Below are positions 50,133 through 63,279 of a stretch of DNA of 64,000 bases, piece by piece. Source of the DNA: Takakia lepidozioides (taxonomy: Eukaryota; Plantae; Bryophyta); NCBI GenBank assembly GCA_030704615.1, contig CM060732.1, forward strand, positions 55,986,001 through 56,050,000, in the 5' to 3' direction. Position 1 is the stretch's first letter. Each line of letters begins with the position of its first letter. Position numbers and translations under genes: made by a program. The notes below the pieces were generated by a model. That model worked only from the letters and a program-made list of their open reading frames with translations. It was not told the DNA's origin and did not search any database.

Positions 50133-51565
50133 TTGAGCTCTTCATCTTTATCAAACCGTCTGTAGTAGCAGCTCAGGTCGTGGTGGGTCTACGGCAGCGT
50201 TAGGCGGTATATTGATTACCTGATATACCCGGCGGGAATATCCTAGAATATCATGATATATTGATATATATATGCCCTGGTGTGGCAAGTTTAGGTACTT
50301 GATATATACCTTTATATTAGGGTATATTTTTATGAGCCTCTCATTTTTTAATATTAGCGACTTCAATGCACCTATGGGCCCGCCAGTACAGCCCATGGGG
50401 TGAGCGGATAACCCACCGCCTATTCATCAGGTTCGGATTCTGAATTTTTTCTAAGTCCTGGTTCTTCATAGAGTACCCTCCAAGAGACTGACTCTAACCT
50501 TCGAGCGGACTGGCGATTGGCGAGCAGACTAGCGACTCCAACTGGCGCACTGACTCCAACCTTCAACCAGACTGGCAGACCCTCCTCAGACAAAATATAA
50601 AATTATTATTTAACACACATGTAGTGTCATCTGATAGGATTTGAACACCAAACCGCATACTTATTACAGGTTGTTCTTTACCGCCACACTACTCGGTGCT
50701 TTCTTCAACATCTTCAAAAACTAAGGCTTCGCGTTGCTCCGCACTACTAGCGACGAATTCTGATAATTAAGTTCAATTTTTCACAAAAAAAAGATGGGTC
50801 ATCCCCTCTTTGCCCTTTTCCAGGGTTGCCAGGCTTGCACACTCATTGCAAACACAAACAAATCTGATGTGGTTGGGCTTCACCCCTTTGCGCAAAATCT
50901 ACTCATAGGTCTCAAAAGCATTCCTACCACACCTATGCTTGGTAAATCCTGCCAACATTATATTCCACGCGATCAAGATCGTTGAGGCATTCTGTTGAAT
51001 GCTTCCGCATCTTTTGCTCATAGGTCCCCAAAACCTCCATCCCACACCCATGCTGGGCATTTCCTGTGATCATCGCATTCCACGACACCACATCCCGTTC
51101 AGCCATGTTGTCAAATACTCTCTTTGCAACCTTCATGCTCCCGCATTTTGCATACATGTCAACAAGGCTATTGTTCAAATTAGATTTGGTACAAGTCCAG
51201 CTTTCATATGTCAGCATGGACCTCTTTGCCATTTTCCAGGGCTGCCAGTCTCGCACAAGCCTTGAGAATGCAAACAAATGTGACCTGATCGGGCATCACC
51301 CCTTGCTGTATTAGTTGATCATATGTCTCGAAGGCATTCCTACCACAACCATGCTTGGTATATCCTGCCACCATATTGTTGAACACTAGACATGCCTCCC
51401 TTACATTCCCATATTTGGCATACATAACATAACATAGGGCAGTCTCCCAATTAATGTATGACGAAATTCCAGCTTCGATAATGTCAACATGGATATCTTT
51501 GCCCTTCTCCAGGGCCACCAAGCTGGCACCAACATTGAGAACACAAATGAATGTGGCTTGCACAC

Positions 51566-54381
51566 AAGGGCAGCAAAGGCGTGAGCAGAACCTGTGAGCA
51601 GATTCCCTTATCCGTGAGCAGATTCCCCCAAGCGTGAACAGATTGTAAGCGTGAGCAGATTATTGATGCGGATCCTCAAAACGAAGGAACAAGTGGGCCT
51701 ATTGCAGTGGACACAAACTCCACTGCAACGACGCAATCTTCTCTCCATCGGATCGAAGACAGACATGCTCCATGACGACAATATGGCACGAATATGCGAT
51801 GAAAACTGACGAATGAATGTATCTGTGATGAATGTAAAACGGAATGGATGAACATTGGATGAGTGTCGGATGAAAAATTGCCTAGATGAGTGAACCATGA
51901 ATGACTGCAACAACATGTATCCTTACCGATCAGCATGTGCACATGGATCCATGTGTTGTTGAGTTTAAATAAGTGTATTTTAATTTGGCAGAAGCTTAAT
52001 TCCGGCCCAGAAGACCAGCCAGATTAAGCTGGCGTCAACGCCACCTTCATCTGACACATTCAGAGGGGAAAAAACAAAAAATAATAAAAAATTTATTTTT
52101 TGTTTTTTTGTTTTTTGGATAACTTGCAAATGAACCCACCCCTGCTTTGCAAGCAAGAGACCTGGCGTTTACCCAGCATGGATTTCTGATCACCTGGAAG
52201 AAGGACATGACAACGAATCGTAAGCCGAGCAATTTGTAGGTGCCATTCACCCCAAATAGCACACCAGAAGACCAGCAAGATTAAGGTGTCGTTAACGACA
52301 CCTTAATCTGGCATATTCGGGGAAAATAATTAAAAAAATAATAACAACAAATATTATTTTATTATTATTATTTTTGAAAACTTGCAAATGAACCCAGCCC
52401 TTGCTTTGCAACAAAAGACCTGGCGTTTACCCAGCATGGATTTCTGGTCACATGGAAGAATGACATGACAACGAATCATAAGCCGAGTAATTTATAGATG
52501 TCATTCACCCCAAATAGCACGCCAAAAGATCAGCCAGATTAAGGTGCCATTGACGACACCTTAATCTGGCACATTCGGGGAAAAATTAAATAAATAAATA
52601 AATAAATTTTATTTTAATTGTTTTTTGGGAAAACCTGCAAATGAACCCAACCCCTACTTTGCAAGCAAAAGACCTGGCATTCACCCAGCATGGATTTCTG
52701 GTCACATGGAAGAAGGACATGACAACAAATCATAAGTTATGTGGTCCAAACAATTTGTAGATGCCATTCACCCCAAATAGCACACCGAAAGACTAGCCAG
52801 ATTAGATTAAGGTGTCGATGACGACACCTCAATCTGGCACATTCGGGGAAATATAATATAATATAATATATATATCTTGGAAAACTTGCAAATGAACCCA
52901 ACCCCTGCTTTGCAAGCAAAAGACCTAGCCTTTACCCAACATGGATTTTCTGGCACATGGAAGAAGGACATGACAATAAATCATAAGTTATGTGGTCCGA
53001 GCAATTTGTAGATGCCATTCACCCCAAATACCAAAAGACCAGCCAGATTAAGGTGTCGTTGATGACACCTTAATCTGGCGCATTTGGGAAAAAATAAAAT
53101 AAAAATAAAAATTGGAAAACTTGCAAATGAACCCAACCCCTGCTTTGTAAGCAAAAGACATGACGTTTACCCAACATGGATTTCTGGTCACATGGAAGAA
53201 GGGCATGACAATCATCATAAGTTATGTGGTCCGAGCAATTTGTAGATGCCATTCACCCCAAATAACACACCAAAAGACCAGCCAGATTAAGGTGTCGTTG
53301 ACGACACCTTAATGTGGCACATTCGGGAAAAAATAAAATAAAAATAAAAATAAAAATTGGAAAATTTGCAAATGAACCCAACCCCTGCTTTGCAAGCAAA
53401 AGACCTAGCGTTTACCCAGCATGGATTTCTGGTCACATGGAAGAATGACATGACAACGAATCATAAAGTTATGTGGTCCGAGCAGTTGCCATTCACCCCA
53501 AATAACATACCAGAAGACTAGCCAGATTAAGGTAGATTAAGGTGTCGTTGACGACACCTTAATCTGGCACATTTGGGGAAAAATAAAATAAAAATAAAAA
53601 TTGGAAAACTTGCAAATGAACCCAACCCCTACTTTGCAAGCAAAAGACCGGGCATTTACCCAGCATAAATTTCTGGTCACATGGAAGAAGGACATGACAA
53701 CAAATCATAAGTTATGTGTTCCGAACAATTTGTAGATGCCATCCACCCCAAATTGCATACTAGAAGATGTTACAGATGCCATGTTATGCGGAGGCTGCAG
53801 CTTGCAAATTTAGTCTCCTCTTTTCTCTCCCTCATGTGCTTTACGACAAAGAGGATTTTGTGCAGAGCAAAGCTAGTGTCTTCATAGACAGTTCTGCCTT
53901 CGTTTTGGATTCCGACTCCAGTAGCAGTGGATATTCTTCGTCGGAATGAATCGGCTGTTTTAAAACAATTTCTATTAAAGCACCAAACGGCCTCTCCACC
54001 TTCTTTGCAATTGGGTGTCAGGTATCAGCAACCCTCTGGTACCTGAACCCTTTGCAGTTGGCAGGTGTTCACTCTGGAGCTCGGGGGATTTGGCAACCAC
54101 TACTCAAAAATGCTTTTTAATTTTGCATTCAACCACAAACTACATTCATCCATGTGCCATTCGTCCAACATACATTCATCGCCCATTCATCCATCATTCA
54201 TCCGTCATTCATCCATAACGATGATTTGGTATGCATGTTATACTGGACACTACCCGCAATAATAGGTCCTCTAAGCCGAATAGGTGTCCACGGTTATAGG
54301 TGAGCACATCCAGAAGCGTGAGCAGAATTCTGCTCACGGAATTTTCTGCTCATGGATTCTGCTCACGGTTTAGCAATCCCC
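51566..54381. mobile_element. Non-autonomous Mutator-like element inserted in a PPR relic
   Basis: 9-bp TSD CTTGCACAC (51557-51565 and 54382-54390). Imperfect TIRs with repeated GTGAGCAGA/TCTGCTCAC and inverted ATGAATG/CATTCAT subterminal tracts. Confidence 0.75.
52005..53767. repeat. Tandem array, about 7 units of 240-265 bp, each with a 38-bp palindrome
   Basis: GCCAGATTAAGGTGTCGT-TG-ACGACACCTTAATCTGGC variants near 52018, 52277, 52533, 52796, 53042, 53281 and 53521. Each is followed by a variable A/T tract and a conserved ~170-bp body. Confidence 0.93.
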
Positions 54382-57300
54382 CTTGCACACGCATTACAAA
54401 TGCACACAAATGTGATGTGGACGGGCTTCCCCCCTTCTCCCATCATGGACCTCTTTGCCCTTTTCCAGGGCTGCAAGGCTTGCACAAGCATTGCAAACGC
54501 TCACAAACGTGATGTGGTTGCATTTCACCCCTTCCCCCATCATTTGCTCATAGGTATGATCCAAGGCCTCCATCCCGCGCCCCTGCTGTGCATATCCTGC
54601 AAGCATGGCGTTCCATGACACCAAATCTCGTTCAACCATATTGTTGAAAACTCCCTCCGCATCCTCAATGGTCCCACATTTGGCATACATGTCCACGAGG
54701 GTATTGTTCAGAATCACATCTGTACAATTCCAGCTTTGGCGATGCAACCATGCACCTCTTTGCCCTTTTCCAGGGCTACCAGGCTTGCACACGCATTGCA
54801 AACTCACACAAACGTGATGTGGTCGCGCTTCACCCCTTCCCCCATCATTTGCTCATAGGTCTCCAAGTCCTCCATCCCACGCCCTGCTGTGCATATCCTG
54901 CAAGCATCACGTTCCACGACAACAAAGCTCGTTCAACCATATTGTTGAACACTCCCTCTGCATCCTCAATGCTCCCACATTTGGCATACATGTCCACCAG
55001 GGCAGTGTTCAGGATCACACCCGGTACAGTTCCAGCTTTGGCGATGCAACCACGCACCTCTTTGCCATTTTTTCAGGGCCTCCAGGCTTGCACACGCATT
55101 GCAAACGCACACAAACGTGATGTGGTCAGGCTTCACCCCTTCCCCCATCATTTGCTCATAGGTCTCCAAAGCCTCCATCCCACGCCCTTGCTGTGCATAC
55201 CCTGTAAGCATCGCATTCCACGACACCACATCTTGTTCAACCATTTGAAACTCCCTTCGCATCCTTCATGCACCCACATTTGGCATACATGTCCACCAGG
55301 GCAGTGTTCAGGATGACATCTGGTACAAATCCAGCTTTAACGATGTCACCATGGACCTCTTTCCCCTTTTCCAGAACTCCTAGGCTTGCACACACATTGC
55401 AAACACAAACAAATGTATTGCGGATGGGCTTCACCCCTTTGCACATCCAATTGCTCATAGGTCTCCAAAGCCTCCATCCCGCATCCTTACTGTGCATATC
55501 CTGCAATCATCGCACTCCACGACACCACATCTCATTCAGCCATACTGTCGAACACTCCCTTTGCATCCTCGATGCACTCACATTTGACATACATGTCCAG
55601 CACGGCAGTGTTCAAAATGACATCGGGTACAATTCCAGATTTGACGATGTCACCATGGACCTCTTTGCACCATTCCAGGGCTGCCAGGCTTGCACACGCA
55701 TTGCCAATGCAAACAAACGTTATATATGTGGTTGGGCTTCACTCCTTTGCACATCATTTGCTCAGAGGTCTCCAAAGCCTCCATCCCGCGCCCTTGCTGT
55801 GCATATCCTGCAATCATCGCACTCCACGACACCACATCTCATTCAGCCATACTGTCAAACACTCTCTTCATACATATCCACAAGGGTATAATTGTTTAGA
55901 ATGACACTTGGTACAATTGCAGCTCTGACAATGTCGACATGGACCTCTTTCGCCCTTTTCCAGAGCTGCCAGGCTTGCACACGCATCGCAAATGCACACA
56001 AATGTGATGTGGTTGGGCTTCACCCCTTCCCCCATCATTTGATCATAGGTCTCCAAAGCCTTCATACCACGTCCTTGTTATGCATACCCTACAAGCATCG
56101 TCTTCCATGACACCACATCTCGATCAGCCATAGTGTTGAAAACTCCCTTCGCATCCTTAATGCACCCGCATTTGGCATACGTGTCCACCAGGGCAGTGTT
56201 CAGAATGACATCTGGTACAATTCCAGTTTTGACGATGTCACCATGGACCTATTTCCCCTTTTCCAGAGCTCCCAGGTTTGACATGTTGACAAGGGTGTTG
56301 AGGAGAAAAACACTTGGCGTGAATCCACTTTGGATAATGTGAGTGTGCACCCGTTTTCCAGCTTCTAGACCTTTCATCTTGATGCACTTAAGCAAGAGAC
56401 AGACAAACGTATCTGAATCTGCTGAAATGCCTCCTACATTTGGCATACATGTCCACGAGGGTATTGTTCAGAATCACATCTGGTACAATTCCTGCTTTTG
56501 CGATGCAACCATGTACCTCTTTGCCCTTTTCCAGGGCTGCCAGGCTTGCAAACACACAGACGTGATGTGGTCGGGCTTCACCCCTTCCACCATCATTTAC
56601 TCATAGGTCTCCAAAGCCTCCAACCCACACCCCTGTTGTGCATAAGCATGGCGTTCCGCGACACCACAGTTCATTCAGCCACATTGTTGAACACTGTTAT
56701 CTATTTTTGGATACTTTTCTGCTGCCACATTGGCAGTTACTTGTGAAAGTCATTCCACCCAGACAATCTTCTCAGCTCAACATGGATTTCCTTAATTTTG
56801 GGATGCAACTTGTCATCTACAACGAAGGTGTGCACCTTGTTGCCAACCTCAATGCAGCAACGACCTGGCTCCTGGCTCCTTTCTAACCTCTCTGACCGTG
56901 ATCATTCTTCTCACCTTTGCAGTATCATCCCACCTGCCAGCTGCGGCATAGATGTTGATAGCAACACATAAGTCACGCCATCTCCACATTGCCATGGATT
57001 CTGTAGGCACCAAGCAAGGCCTTCCACACCACAAGGCATTCCCTAAACAGACAATTGCCTCAACTCCACCTTCTGTGATGTGGGCATATACAACACACAT
57101 GTCATATTCTAGTGCTGCTGGCTGGTGCAGGCGTTGAGGATGGTAACAAATGTGAGCTTGTCAGGCTTCATACCTACTCGTTGCATTTGCCAGAAGAGTT
57201 CAAATGCCTCTTCACTACACCCTTGCTGAATGTATCCTGCGATCATTGCATTCCATGAAAACACATCTTGTTCAGGCATATTGTTAAAGACTCGGCATGC

Positions 57301-58429
57301 ATCCACCAGACTCCCAAACTTGACATACATGTTGAGAAGGGTGTTTCCCACACGGATATCTGACTCAAAGCCAGCTTCAATGATATGGGCATGGACCATC
57401 ACGCCTTCTAGTTGCATTTGTCGAAAGAGCTGAAATGCCTCTTCTGTGAGCATTCCATGAAATCACATCTCGCCTAAACATTTTTCAAACATCTTTCGCG
57501 CATCCACCAAACTCCCACATTTGGCATACATATGGACAAGGCTAGTTCCTACATAAACATCTGATTCAAATCCAACTCTGACAATGTGGGCATGAAGCCC
57601 CTTGCCCTGCCCTAGAGTTGTTGGGCTGGCACACCTTTTGAGGATGCAAATGAGAGTGATCTTGTCGGGCTCTACACCTTCTTGTGGCATTTGCCCAACG
57701 AGTTCAAAAGCCTCTTCACCATGCCCTTGCTTAGTACATCCTGTAATTATTGCAGTCCAAGAGACCACGTCTCATTTCGGCATTTTGGCATCAAATGCCA
57801 AAATCCATCCTCTGCACAAATCATGCATTCATCTTTTCCTTTGCTGCTAGCAGCTGACAATGACAACCTAGGAAACACCCAATCACACTAGTTCCTATGC
57901 TGAATTACGTCTCCTACTCTCTGTCATCTAACAGGGATTCAACTTTTTGCCTCGGTTGTCCCACCATTGACTGGGGTCAACAAAGTATTCATTCCACACC
58001 TTATCTCTGTTACCTGTTTTCGGATATTTTCCTGTTATCACATTGGCAGTATCATGTCAAAGTCACTCCAAACCAGATTCACTCAACCAGCTAACTTGCA
58101 AAATTCAACATGGAAATTTAGGGCCGACTCTGACAAGAGGGAAAAACTGGGTGAAATGTGTTGAAGAAGGTGTCTGAACATTAGTAGTGCCTTGTTCTAT
58201 CATTTGTGCCGCTGCCGCTGCTGTTTCCAGTTGACCATCTACCCAACGACCTAACTTGCAGAATTCAATATGCATATCAGGGCCAAGTCTGATGAGAGGG
58301 CAAAACAGGCTGAAATAGGTCGAAGAAGGTGCCCTCACCACATTGAGTCCTTGAAAATTCAATATGCATCTTAGGGCTGAGTATGATGAGAGGGCAAAAC
58401 AGGCTGAAATAGGTCGAAGAAGAAGGTGC

Positions 58430-58537
58430 CCTCACCACATTGTCCTTGACCTTGTGGCATGATCCATGGAGGATTTGACCATCAACCCAAAAGGACCCCT
58501 TGTGTGTGCTGCTTGTGTCAGGTGATGTTGGATTGGT
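58430..58537 (-). pseudogene. Decayed PDF-motif/PPR-entry exon homologous to 14024-13890
   Basis: TTCTCACAG|ACC AAT CCA ACA TCA CCT GAC (TNPTSPD), then TGG GTT GAT GG..TCA AAT CCT CCA TGG (WVDG.SNPPW), then MPQGQGQCG. The intact gene reads RNPRAPD...WIEGWSNPPW...MVQGQAQCG. Confidence 0.75.
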
Positions 58538-60228
58538 CTGTGAGAACCAACACGGTGCAGCTGAGCAGGCATAGATTGAAACACAACATGCTAACCGAGC
58601 TGACTCTCCAAAGAACCTTGTAAACATAATCAGGAAGAATATCAAATCATGGTACTAACATGAGCTAAGAGCCCACATGTGCAGGATGGACAAACTTCTT
58701 CACATCGTACATTAAGAAAAAGCCACACCTTGCGATTGCGGTTGTCCCACCAACGTGAGTGACATATGAATGACATATGCACCCCTTTGCGCAGAATCTG
58801 CTCATAGGTCTCAAAAGCATTCCTACCACACCCATGCTTGGTAAATCCTGCCAACATTATATTCCACGTGATCAAGATCGTTGAGGCATTCTGTCTGTTG
58901 AATGCTTGGTGAGCCTCCATGATGCTCCCGCCCTTAACGTACAATGTTGACAAGGGTGTTGAGTAGAAAAACATTTGGCGTGAATCCACTTTGGATAATG
59001 TGCGTGTGCACCTGCTTTCCAGCTTCCAGACCTTTCATCTTGATGCACTTAAGCAAGAGACAAACATAGGTCTTTGAATGCCTCCTTGGTTTATAGTTTG
59101 TAGAGCCTCTGTCAGTTTGCCTGCCTCACAAAGCATCTTCACATGCGCAGAAGTACTAGAAGAGGCATTGTGGACTCCCTCTCTCGATCCTCTTTCAGAA
59201 GCTCGAGCACGCGGGGGCATCCCTTCCTCGCGCTGCTTTTCGGGCATTTCGGGCAGGTTCCAAAGAAATTGACGACGACAATGACGTGTCTACGATGATG
59301 TGGCGACGAAACGTGGCGACGATGATGTGGCACTATGACACCCTATTCTTGCTCTACGCTAAACTAGCTTCCGACCTTCGGTCGTCGCTAGGATTAATCT
59401 TTTATGATGTGTTTGTGGGCCCAACAGACTGCATTGGCCCCGCAGGCTTAGCTGAGCAGACTTAGCCCTCAAGGTGGGGGGGTGCTACCCATGGGACCCC
59501 GTCTCCCACATACCCTTATCCTTATGTTTACCTGCATCAAGACATCCAATATACCCTTCAATATGTTAAAATGAAGGGTATATCTAACCCTTAAGTTCCC
59601 AAGCGACCTGAATCGGGTCACTTCGAATTTGTAGTTGGACCTAATTTTTGCAGATCTAATCTGCTGGGGCCCACTCCTGAAGCTTTCATGACAAGGGATT
59701 TGTCTCGAATATGATGTAGAAAACAAAATTAAAATAAAAACAAAAGCTACGACCTACAAAAAATATCTTAGATCTCTCATTTACGTTTTTGGCCTGAAAA
59801 GGGCTTGTTGACCGCTGAAGTGGCAGATAAACAAGCCCAAAACAGATTGCACTCCAAAGGCCATTTTTGGCAGAAAATTAGCAATTTTGAAAAAAAACAC
59901 TTCACCTTGTGGTGTGTGAGCATTACATACACACATCCACCATTGGCTTTTAATTTGTAGAAAAAAAAGTACTTCATTTGGAAGCACATTTTCTCTTGTC
60001 AATTTTGAGATTTCAACCCCCATGTAATTGCATGCATAGCAAGCATAGGTGAAAAAATCAGTTGGACCTGCAATTTAGTGGGGTCATAGCCACTCCACTA
60101 TTGATTTGGAAATGGTGGGTCTTGGGACAAGCAAAATTGGATAAAGCTAGGTTTTGATTTGGTCAAACCTATTTCTTTCTCACTTTCTTTGGGACCTGAT
60201 ATTTGAGGTCCGGGCCAATGTTCAAATG

Positions 60229-61456
60229 CTAAGAAATAGAACCAAATTTACAAATGTCTTCATAGTCAACGGCGGGAAGTAGTCTGCCGTCAAAAGCACC
60301 CTTTTCTATCTGAACTTTGGCAGCAAATTTGGCCGTATCAATAGCAAGCAACCATGCGATCCTCTGTAAGCACCATTCACAATGTTCACAAGGCTTCCAA
60401 TTTGAGGAATCACAGTCTCCAGCTCCTCCTGGTCAACTTTGAGTACGTCACCGCTCTCCAGCATCTTAATCTCTCCCACGTACTTGCTAATCACGCGCAA
60501 CACCACACCATTTTGCTTGTAATACCCCTTCTCTGCAAGAGTTTGGCTCATGACCTTCCACAATCAGTCCCTCACAAAGCCAATAGTCTTTGCGGTTTAC
60601 CTTCTCCTTGCCTGCTCCTGTTCTCTCATCAGGTCAGCGAGCACACCGACCCCGTCCTTTTTGCTTTCGCTCGTTATATTACCCCTCCCAAGCTCTCTCT
60701 TCCCCTGCTTTATTTGCTGCGGTAACTCTTCGTTTTCATCCTCAAACATTGCAGGCTTCACTGTCCGATGACTACCATTTCCATTCATGGAGGGCATATC
60801 TCCACCAGGTTTAATCAAGGAAGACCCGAGAGAAAAAACAACTTTCTCACCATCTGTTTTCACAAGCTCTGTCTTTTCAATTTCTATCTGTTTCGAATCC
60901 GGCTTGGCAAACTTGGTCGCTCTTTCAATTTGATCGGCAAGGACCTTGTCATGCCTATCCTCATCAGCAAGATCTGCCCGCTGTCACTTATTTTTCAAGC
61001 TTTCTTTCAACAAGGTCTCGGGCTCTCGATCAATGAGGGTCATGAACCAGCCCTTGGGAGTTTCATCAACCTTGCACTTCCCCGTCCGCCCCAGGTACTT
61101 GACAAACTCTGTAAGAGTTGCCCACTTGGTAGAGTTCATGTGAATATGATGCCTATTTGCGATATACTCATTCCACACCACAGTGGCCGCAACTCTGCTG
61201 AATCGATGACTTCTCTTCAAATGTTCCATGAACGAATCCTCGAACTCTTCAGAGTAACCATCAATGAATCGATCAGGATTATCACCAAACACCTGCATCT
61301 GCCGCTGATGGCTCTCCGACATGCAGTGACACTTGAAACCGTTCTCATCACGGCACTGCTTCTGGCACATCTGACAGTACCACCTCAACTTCTGCAGCCC
61401 CTTGGCTTGATCCTGTTGGCGATAGCCTTGGGTGTCAGAAACTCATTCTTCCCCAT
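60229..61456 (-). pseudogene. KIN17: KIN17 DNA/RNA-binding protein pseudogene, intronless
   Basis: MGKNEFLTPKAIANRIK, GLQKLRWYCQMCQKQCRDENGFKCH, HIHMNSTKWATLT and C-terminal KOW region LETVIPQIG...VNGAYRG...DYEDICK. Frameshift near 61405, premature TGA at 60984 and further shifts. Confidence 0.9.
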
Positions 61457-61814
61457 CTCGCCAACCCTATGCCTCGGCTGCGATTTGGCAAACAGATGTC
61501 CCCAATCCTACTAAACTCTCTACATTCCCTAGATGCATTCAAATGCTACCCCGGCATCATCTCTCTCTCTCTCTCTCCAAGACTTGTACTGAAAATTGCA
61601 TGACTTCTTGGACGGAATCCCCAACACTGTGCCCTAACAAACAGACCGGATTCTATGCGTATGTGGGAGAGAGAGAGAGAGAGAGAGACGAGACAACAGA
61701 GCTGAGAACGCTAGGGTTTGGAGAACACTGTTTTTTTGAATTTTATTTATTTATTTGTAATCATATATAATTACAATATATATCCAAATGCGGGGCCCAT
61801 TCATAGCTTTGCAA

Positions 61815-62150
61815 CTAGACGGATGAAAGAGGCGGGCTGGATGTGAATTGCCATGTGTCTTTCATCAAGGAACCTGCATAGCGGTCCCCTGCAACCTCAC
61901 TAGTTGGAGCAGCTGCTTCGATCTCTTCCATGTCCTTCACTGCAAGTGTTACTTGCAGAGCTCCAATGTTGGACACCAAATTAGCCTTCTTGGTTGTCCC
62001 TGGGATGGATACCACATTCACCCCCTTGTGCCGAACCCAGGCAAGTGCCAGTTGACTTAATGTACACTTTTTCTTCTCTGCAATCTCGATGATTCGTTCC
62101 CGCAGTGCCTTATTTTTTGTCAGATTTTCTCCTGACATCCTTGGATTATA
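61815..62150 (-). CDS. Terminal exon of an aldo-keto reductase (auxin-induced/AKR4-like); rest of gene not found in window
   Basis: CTGCAG acceptor at 62151, then YNPRMSGENL...KKCTLSQLALAWV...IPGTTKKANLVSNIGAL...AGDRY, open to the stop. Confidence 0.8.
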   Translation of the reverse strand, partial: YNPRMSGENLTKNKALRERIIEIAEKKKCTLSQLALAWVRHKGVNVVSIPGTTKKANLVSNIGALQVTLAVKDMEEIEAAAPTSEVAGDRYAGSLMKDTWQFTSSPPLSSV

Positions 62151-62639
62151 CTGCAGACAGGGTTCGGCATGAGAATCAACCCCGCAGCCGAAAATGAACT
62201 TGAATAATCAGGTCAGATATCGATAACAGAGGAATCTTACCGTAGGAAGGGATTTAGGTTTTGGAAAGGGTCTAGTATTGACTTCAGCCTAGTGCCGATC
62301 CTCTGAGGAGAATTTTGGTAATCTTCAACTCCTGTGTGTTCATCAAAATCTGTGAATAAGCCAGAGGTCATTTGTGCTAGGCTTGAGTTTTCTCACTGGA
62401 GAGTAGCATTTGCTCTGTGGCCTTACTGAGCATATCTCAGTGACCTCCATTGGCTTCTATAGCTAGACAGAAGCTAAACAGATAGAAGCAGAATTATGTC
62501 CACAGGAAAGCCCAGAGAGAAAACATAGAAGCCCAATCCACAGGGTCCATGGGACAAAGTAGGACAACAAGGGACCACTTCCAAAAACATCAACTGCCAC
62601 CGACAATAAACTGCTTCCTGCAAGTAGCTTCCAGGCACT

Positions 62640-63242
62640 ACAGACAGAGAATGTACTCATAAGATGTTGTTTGGCACTACAGACGCAGAGAGAATGTACT
62701 CATAAGACGTTGTTTGCCGCAGCCTTGTGGCCATAGACCCCGCGCCCAGTTTGAGCGGAACTAGAGGGAGCAGAAACTACCTTTATGAGGGGCTCAATCC
62801 TGTGATGTGACTTACCTTGATAAAGACAATTAGTTCGGGTTTTCCAGATATTCTCTAGGAAGCCCTTCACAGAAGCATCAACTTGCTTTGTGTGAGCTGC
62901 CCAGCACTTAAACACCAGGGACAGACACAGAGAGAGAGGAGAGAGAGAGAGAGAGAGACAGAATGTACTCATAAGACATTGTTTGCCATAGGCTTGTGGC
63001 CATAGATCTCCCCCCCCCCCTCAAGTTTGGGCGGAACAAGAGGGAAACAGACACTCCATTAGTGGGACTTTTACCTTGATATAAATGGGCTCTCCAGATT
63101 TTCTCCAGCAAGCCCTTCACACAATATTGTGTGTGAGCTGCCCAGCAATCCCCTACAGGGCCAGGGCTTTAGGCTCACCTGTACCCGTACGACGTTGCTA
63201 GCCATGGCCTTGTGGACACGGTGGGTATCTTCTTAGGCTCAG

Positions 63243-63279
<37 letters not shown>

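Larger units (their letters stand above)
50795..59250 (-). pseudogene. Cluster of decayed PLS-class PPR fragments
   Basis: Repeated LVDMYAKCG / VSWNAM / TFVCV motifs with many frameshifts. E2/E+ relic (NIYAAAGRWDD...KEPG) at about 56750-56960. N-terminal relics at 56280-56430 and 58930-59140. Confidence 0.9.

Noticed and set aside
52005-53767. CRISPR-like array of regularly spaced 38-bp palindromes
   Set aside because: The intervening ~210 bp are copies of each other rather than unique spacers, there are no cas genes, and the context is eukaryotic.
60984-60986. Premature stops repaired by U-to-C editing
   Set aside because: The locus is nuclear and also frameshifted; CGA-to-TGA decay by methyl-C deamination is the simpler explanation.
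60768-61514. 248-aa plus-strand ORF, and the many plus-strand ORFs over the PPR genes
   Set aside because: Antisense shadows of KIN17 and PPR coding sequence, with no motifs of their own.
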